From Macrostomum lignano (Eukaryota), in contig NIVC01000366.1 of assembly GCA_002269645.1 (NCBI GenBank), positions 248,001-312,000 on the forward strand: a stretch of DNA of 64,000 bases. Direction: 5' to 3'. The position numbers were made by a program, and so were the translations under genes. Below the pieces are notes generated by a model. The model was given only the letters and a program-made list of their open reading frames with translations. It was not told the DNA's origin and did not search any database. Shown piece after piece: positions 56,705 to 64,000 of the stretch; position 1 is the stretch's first letter, and every line of letters starts with the position of its first letter.

Positions 56705-59700
56705 AAAGTGATGATTCTAATCAACAGGTGATGATTCTAATCAACAGGTAATGATTTTAATCAACAGGTAATGATTCTAAATAACAGGTAATGATTCTTA
56801 TCAACAGGTGATGATTCTTATCAACAGGTAATGATTTTAATCAACAGGTAATGATTCTTATCAACAGGTGATGATTCTAATCAACAGGTAATGATTTTAA
56901 TCAACAGGTGATGATTCTAAATAACAGGTAATGATTTTAATCAACAGGTGATGATTCTTATCAACAGGTAATGATTTTAATCAACAGGTAATGATTCTAA
57001 TAAACTGGTAATGATTTTAATCAACAGGTAATGATTTTAATCAACAGGTGATGATTCTAATAAACTGGTAATGATTTTAATCAACAGGTAATGATTCTAA
57101 TCAACAGGTAATGATTCTAATAAACTGGTAATGATTTTAATCAACAGGTAATGATTTTAATCAACAGGTAATGATTCTAATAAACTGGTAATGATTTTAA
57201 TCAACAGGTAATGATTTTAATCAACAGGTAATGATTCTTATCAACAGGTAATGATTTTAATCAACAGGTGATGATTCTAATAAACTGGTAATGATTTTAA
57301 TAAACTGGTAATGATTCTAATAAACTGGTAATGATTCTAATAAACTGGTAATGATTTTAATCAACAGGTAATGATTTTAATCAACAGGTAATGATTTTAA
57401 TCAACAGGTAATGATTCTAATAAACTGGTAATGATTCTTATCAACAGGTAGTGATTCTAATAAACTGGTAATGATTCTAATAAACTGGTAATGATTCTAA
57501 TAAACTGGTAATGATTCTATTAAACTGGTAATGATTCTAATAAACTGGTAATGATTCTTATCAACAGGTAGTGATTCTAATAAACTGGTAATGATTCTAA
57601 TAAACTGGTAATGATTCTAATCAACAGGTAATGATTCTAATAAACTGGTAATGATTTTAATCAACAGGTAATGATTTTAATCAACAGGTAATGATTCTAA
57701 TAAACTGGTAATGATTTTAATCAACAGGTAATGATTCTTATCAACAGGTAATGATTTTAATCAACAGGTGATGATTCTAATAAACTGGTAATGATTCTAA
57801 TAAACTGGTAATGATTCTAATAAACTGGTAATGATTCTAATAAACTGGTAATGATTTTAATCAACAGGTAATGATTTTAATCAACAGGTAATGATTTTAA
57901 TAAACTGGTAATGATTCTAATAAACTGGTAATGATTCTAATAAACTGGTAATGATTCTAATAAACTGGTAATGATTCTAATAAACTGGTAATGATTCTAA
58001 TAAACTGGTAATGATTTTAATCAACAGGTAATGATTTTAATCAACAGGTAATGATTCTAATAAACTGGTAATGATTTTAATCAACAGGTAATGATTTTAA
58101 TCAACAGGTAATGATTTTAATCAACAGGTAATGATTCTAATAAACTGGTAATGATTTTAATCAACAGGTAATGATTTTAATCAACAGGTAATGATTTTAA
58201 TCAACAGGTAATGATTCTAATAAACTGGTAATAATTCTTATCAACAGGTAGTGATTCTAATAAACTGGAAATGATTCTAATAAAGTGGTAATGATTCTAA
58301 TAAACTGGTAATGATTCTAATAAACTGGTAATGATTCTAATAAACTGGTAATGATTCTTATCAACAGGTAGTGATTCTAATAAACTGGTAATGATTCTAA
58401 TAAACTGGTAATGATTCTAATAAACTGGTAATGATTCTAATAAACAGGTAATGATTCTAATAAACTGGTAATGATTCTAATAAACTGGTAATGATTCTTA
58501 TCAACAGAAAGTGATTCTAATAAACTGGTAATGATTCTAATAAACTGGTAATGATTCTAATAAACTGGTAATGATTCTAATAAACTGGTAATGATTCTAA
58601 TAAACTGGTAATGATTCTAATAAACTGGTAATGATTCTAATAAACTGGTAATGATTTTAATCAACAGGTAATGATTCTAATAAACTGGTAATGATTTTAA
58701 TCAACAGGTAATGATTCTAATAAACTGGTAATGATTTTAATCAACAGGTAATGATTTTAATCAACAGGTAATGATTTTAATCAACAGGTAATGATTCTAA
58801 TAAACTGGTAATGATTTTAATCAACAGGTAATGATTTTAATCAACAGGTAATGATTTTAATCAACAGGTAATGATTCTAATAAACTGGTAATGATTCTTA
58901 TCAACAGGTAGTGATTCTAATAAACTGGTAATGATTCTAATAAACTGGTAATGATTCTAATAAACTGGTAATGATTCTAATAAACTGGTAATGATTCTAA
59001 TAAACTGGTAATGATTCTAATAAACTGGTAATGATTCTAAGAAACTGGTAATGATTCTAATAAACTGGTAATGATTCTAATAAACTGGTAATGATTCTAA
59101 TAAACTGGTAATGATTCTAAGAAACTGGTAATGATTCTAATAAACTGGTAATGATTCTAATAAACTGGTAATGATTCTAATAAACTGGTAATGATTCTTA
59201 TCAACAGGTAGTGATTCTAATAAACTGGTAATGATTCTAATAAACTGGTAATGATTCTAATAAACTGGTAATGATTCTAATAAACTGGTAATGATTCTAA
59301 TAAACTGGTAATGATTCTAATAAACTGGTAATGATTCTAATAAACTGGTAATGATTCTAATAAACTGGTAATGATTCTAATAAACTGGTAATGATTCTAA
59401 TAACCTGGTAATGATTCTAATAAACTGGTAATGATTATAAGAAACTGGTAATGATTCTAATAAACTGGTAATGATTCTAATAAACTGGTAATGATTCTAA
59501 TAAACTGGTAATGATTCTTATCAACAGGTAGTGATTCTAATAAACTGGAAATGATTCTAATAAACTGGTAATGATTCTAATAAACTGGTAATGATTCTTA
59601 TCAACAGGTAGTGATTCTAATAAACTGGTAATGATTCTAATAAACTGGTAATGATTCTAATAAACTGGTAATGATTCTAATAAACTGGTAATGATTCTAA

Positions 59701-61345
59701 TAAACTGGTAATGATTCTAATAAACTGGTAATGATTCTAAGAAACTGGTAATGATTCTAATAAACTGGTAATGATTCTAATAAACTGGTAATGATTCTAA
59801 TAAACTGGTAATGATTCTAAGAAACTGGTAATGATTCTAATAAACTGGTAATGATTTTAATCAACAGGTAATGATTTTAATCAACAGGTAATGATTCTAA
59901 TAAACTGGTAATGATTTTAATCAACAGGTAATGATTCTTATCAACAGGTAATGATTTTAATCAACAGGTGATGATTCTAATAAACTGGTAATGATTCTAA
60001 TAAACTGGTAATGATTCTAATAAACTGGTAATGATTCTAATAAACTGGTAATGATTTTAATCAACAGGTAATGATTTTAATCAACAGGTAATGATTTTAA
60101 TCAACAGGTAATGATTCTAATAAACTGGTAATGATTCTTATCAACAGGTAGTGATTCTAATAAACTGGTAATGATTCTAATAAACTGGTAATGATTCTAA
60201 TAAACTGGTAATGATTCTAATAAACTGGTAATGATTCTAATAAACTGGTAATGATTCTTATCAACAGGTAGTGATTCTAATAAACTGGTAATGATTCTAA
60301 TAAACTGGTAATGATTCTAATAAACTGGTAATGATTCTAATAAACTGGTAATGATTCTAAGAAACTGGTAATGATTCTAATAAACTGGTAATGATTCTAA
60401 TAAACTGGTAATGATTCTAATAAACTGGTAATGATTCTTATCAACAGGTAGTGATTCTAATAAACTGGTAATGATTCTAATAAACTGGTAATGATTCTAA
60501 TAAACTGGTAATGATTCTAATAAACTGGTAATGATTCTAATAAACTGGTAATGATTCTAATAAACTGGTAATGATTTTAATCAACAGGTAATGATTTTAA
60601 TCAACAGGTAATGATTCTAATAAACTGGTAATGATTTTAATCAACAGGTAATGATTTTAATCAACAGGTAATGATTTTAATCAACAGGTAATGATTCTAA
60701 TAAACTGGTAATGATTTTAATCAACAGGTAATGATTTTAATCAACAGGTAATGATTTTAATCAACAGGTAATGATTCTAATAAACTGGTAATGATTCTTA
60801 TCAACAGGTAGTGATTCTAATAAACTGGTAATGATTCTAATAAACTGGTAATGATTCTAATAAACTGGTAATGATTCTAATAAACTGGTAATGATTCTAA
60901 TAAACTGGTAATGATTCTTATCAACAGGTAGTGATTCTAATAAACTGGTAATGATTCTAATAAACTGGTAATGATTCTAATAAACTGGTAATGATTCTAA
61001 TAAACTGGTAATGATTCTAAGAAACTGGTAATGATTCTAATAAACTGGTAATGATTCTTATCAACAGGTAGTGATACTAACCAACAGGTGATGATTCTAA
61101 TCAACAGCTGATAAGATTCTAATCAACAGGTGATAATTCTAATCAGCAGGTGATGATTCTAATTAGCAGGTGATGATTCTAATCAGCAGGTGATGATTCA
61201 AATTAGCAGGTGATAATTCTAATCAGCAGGTGATGATTCTAATCAGCAGGTGATAATTCAAATCAGCTGGTTATGATTCTACCCAACAGGGGGTGATTCA
61301 AATTAACAGGTGATGACTCTAATCAACAGGTGATAATTCTAGATA
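56705..61345. repeat. 20-bp two-variant minisatellite GTAATGATTTTAATCAACAG / GTAATGATTCTAATAAACTG (array A, about 4.6 kb)
   Basis: Tandem array with interspersed unit variants. Confidence 0.95.
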
Positions 61346-61395
61346 TCTAGCGGAGATAAAACATTCCTCAAAGACGCTGACCCAGTAACACATAC

Positions 61396-61488
61396 CTGAT
61401 GGTACAGCTGCATCAGCTCCTTGATCCAGTTGACAATGCAAAATACAACGATGAAAATTGGTGGAACTAGACGCTCCCAGGTTGGCTC
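61396..61488 (-). CDS. TRPA-like channel exon S2
   Basis: EPTWERLVPPIFIVVFCIVNWIKELMQLYHQ carries the KE..Q motif. TTTGTAG acceptor and GTATGT donor; 93 nt. Confidence 0.85.
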
Positions 61489-61569
61489 CTACAAAAGCAT
61501 CAATAAAGCGTGTTGAAAAATCTAATTGATCGTTTCTTTGAGCACGATAATTCTAAAATTCAAACTCAC

Positions 61570-61708
61570 CACGGCCATTGAGCACTGGTTCTTAGCCGGC
61601 ACATCAGTATGCTGAGGCTGTTTGCGGATGGCCAGCCAGGAGAGCATGGCTAAGAACACGGTGTAAACCAACAGGCTGAAGTTGTGAATCCAGCAGCCAT
61701 ACTGACGC
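61570..61708 (-). CDS. TRPA-like channel exon pre-S1/S1
   Basis: (W)RQYGCWIHNFSLLVYTVFLAMLSWLAI resembles TRPA1 KWLAYGFRAHMMNLGSYCLGL. CTTACAG acceptor and GTGAGT donor; 139 nt, phase 2-0. Confidence 0.85.
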
Positions 61709-61827
61709 CTGTAAGACCGTAAATCGATTGTAGCCGAACAATAAATGGTGTAGAATGGTGTGAAATCTGTCTAAACACTACTATGTAGCAAGAGAGAATA
61801 TTTTTATAATGGAATTTCTCAAGCAAG

Positions 61828-62430
61828 GCCTTCTGTAGGAAGACCATCTATAGGAAGACCTTCTGTAGGATGACCTTCTGTAGGATGACCTTCTGTAGGA
61901 TGACCTTCTGTAGGATGACCTTCTGTAGGATGACCTTCTGTAGGATGACCTTCTGTAGGATGACCTTCTGTAGGATGACCTTCTGTAGGATGACCTTCTG
62001 TAGGATGACCTTCTGTAGGATGACCTTCTGTTGGATGACCTTCTATAGGATACCCTCTGTTGGATGACCTTCTATAGGATACCCTCTGTAGGATGACCTT
62101 CTGTAGGATACCCTCTGTAGGATGACCTTCTGTAGGAGTACCTTCTGTAGAATGATCTACTGTAGGATGACCTTCTGTAGGATGACCTTCTGTAGGATGA
62201 CCTTCTGTAGGATGACCTTCTGTAGGATGACCTTGAGTAGGATGACCTTCCCTTCTGTAGGATGACCTTCTGTAAGATGACCTTCTGTAGGATGACCTTC
62301 TGTAAGATGACCTTCTGTAGGATGACCTTCTGTAGGATGACCTTCTATAGGATACCCTCTGTAGGATGACCTTCTATAGGATACCCTCTGTAGGATGACC
62401 TTCTGTAGGATTACCTTCTGTAGGAAGACT
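61828..62430. repeat. 15-bp minisatellite GATGACCTTCTGTAG (array B), with GAAGACC variants at its left edge
   Basis: The right part reproduces the variant pattern of 55890-56295. Confidence 0.95.
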
Positions 62431-62527
62431 TTTACTCAAAAATAGTTTTCTAGAAACTTTAAAGGTAACGTGGGAATGCGAGAAGGATCTTTTTAGGGAG
62501 CCTCGCGCTTTGAGGACATGGGCTTAC

Positions 62528-62697
62528 CGTTGAAAGAATAGAAGGAAGTTAAACCAGGCGAGGAACACTGCAACAGATCCAGTAGCCTGTTGGTAATGCT
62601 GGCCTTCTCCTGTCAGGTGCGATAGAGCGTAGACTAAGGTTACGCAATAGAGAGCATTTTCCAAATAGTTCACTGCATCGGTCAGGTAACGTAGGCG
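62528..62697 (-). CDS. TRPA-like channel exon S3-S4 (copy B, duplicate)
   Basis: Appears identical by eye to 56393-56562, with the same splice sites and flanks, at offset 6135. Confidence 0.8.
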
Positions 62698-62834
62698 CTG
62701 AAATGCATATCAGGTGTTTCTTGTGGCTAACAGGGAGGAGGGGGTGATTCTGCCTTTGTCTATTTATGATTCAATCTAATAAATGGTGATTCCAGGTAGT
62801 GGGTGGTGATTTTAATCAGCAGGCGATGATTTTA

Positions 62835-64000
62835 GCTAAAAAGTGATGATTCTAATCAACAGGTGATGATTCTAATCAACAGGTAATGATTTTAATCAAC
62901 AGGTAATGATTCTAAATAACAGGTAATGATTCTTATCAACAGGTGATGATTCTTATCAACAGGTAATGATTTTAATCAACAGGTAATGATTCTTATCAAC
63001 AGGTGATGATTCTAATCAACAGGTAATGATTTTAATCAACAGGTGATGATTCTAAATAACAGGTAATGATTTTAATCAACAGGTGATGATTCTTATCAAC
63101 AGGTAATGATTTTAATCAACAGGTAATGATTCTAATAAACTGGTAATGATTTTAATCAACAGGTAATGATTTTAATCAACAGGTGATGATTCTAATAAAC
63201 TGGTAATGATTTTAATCAACAGGTAATGATTCTAATCAACAGGTAATGATTCTAATAAACTGGTAATGATTTTAATCAACAGGTAATGATTTTAATCAAC
63301 AGGTAATGATTCTAATAAACTGGTAATGATTTTAATCAACAGGTAATGATTTTAATCAACAGGTAATGATTCTTATCAACAGGTAATGATTTTAATCAAC
63401 AGGTGATGATTCTAATAAACTGGTAATGATTTTAATAAACTGGTAATGATTCTAATAAACTGGTAATGATTCTAATAAACTGGTAATGATTTTAATCAAC
63501 AGGTAATGATTTTAATCAACAGGTAATGATTTTAATCAACAGGTAATGATTCTAATAAACTGGTAATGATTCTTATCAACAGGTAGTGATTCTAATAAAC
63601 TGGTAATGATTCTAATAAACTGGTAATGATTCTAATAAACTGGTAATGATTCTATTAAACTGGTAATGATTCTAATAAACTGGTAATGATTCTTATCAAC
63701 AGGTAGTGATTCTAATAAACTGGTAATGATTCTAATAAACTGGTAATGATTCTAATCAACAGGTAATGATTCTAATAAACTGGTAATGATTTTAATCAAC
63801 AGGTAATGATTTTAATCAACAGGTAATGATTCTAATAAACTGGTAATGATTTTAATCAACAGGTAATGATTCTTATCAACAGGTAATGATTTTAATCAAC
63901 AGGTGATGATTCTAATAAACTGGTAATGATTCTAATAAACTGGTAATGATTCTAATAAACTGGTAATGATTCTAATAAACTGGTAATGATTTTAATCAAC
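62835..64000. repeat. 20-bp two-variant minisatellite (array B), runs off the window
   Basis: The unit-variant order follows that of array A from ~56700. Confidence 0.95.

Noticed and set aside
49458-61345. CRISPR-like arrays
   Set aside because: The units are directly tandem with no unique spacers, there are no cas genes, and the context is eukaryotic introns.

Overview
This is invertebrate animal genomic DNA: AT-rich intergenic sequence, GC-richer exons and GT-AG introns filled with minisatellites. The style suggests a free-living flatworm such as Macrostomum, but that is inference only. Host genes: (1) a complete 7-exon EXT1/tout-velu exostosin (13763-21322, +, about 749 aa) whose C-terminal GT64 catalytic motifs are degenerate; (2) two tandem, intronless casein-kinase-1-like predicted pseudokinases (27664-29316 and 31052-32734, +); (3) a 2-exon innexin (46465 to 38070, -, 447 aa); (4) the transmembrane and C-terminal exons of a TRPA-family channel (-, 62697 to 48160). 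In the TRPA gene the S3-S4 exon occurs twice, 6135 bp apart, in a frame-preserving arrangement consistent with a duplicated S1-S4 module. The exon expected after S6 is absent at a direct fusion of two satellite arrays. Mobile DNA: an intact DD34D mariner with TIRs and TA TSD (87-1338), several hAT-type non-autonomous elements with 8-bp TSDs, TA-flanked palindromic MITEs, tRNA/CORE-type SINEs, a Rep-only intron-containing Helitron, a probable EnSpm/CMC relic inside the innexin intron, and Tc1/mariner relics. There is also a 2.43-kb tandem duplication with a junction that looks templated. About a quarter of the window is tandem repeat. All calls come from reading the sequence by eye; no searches were run.
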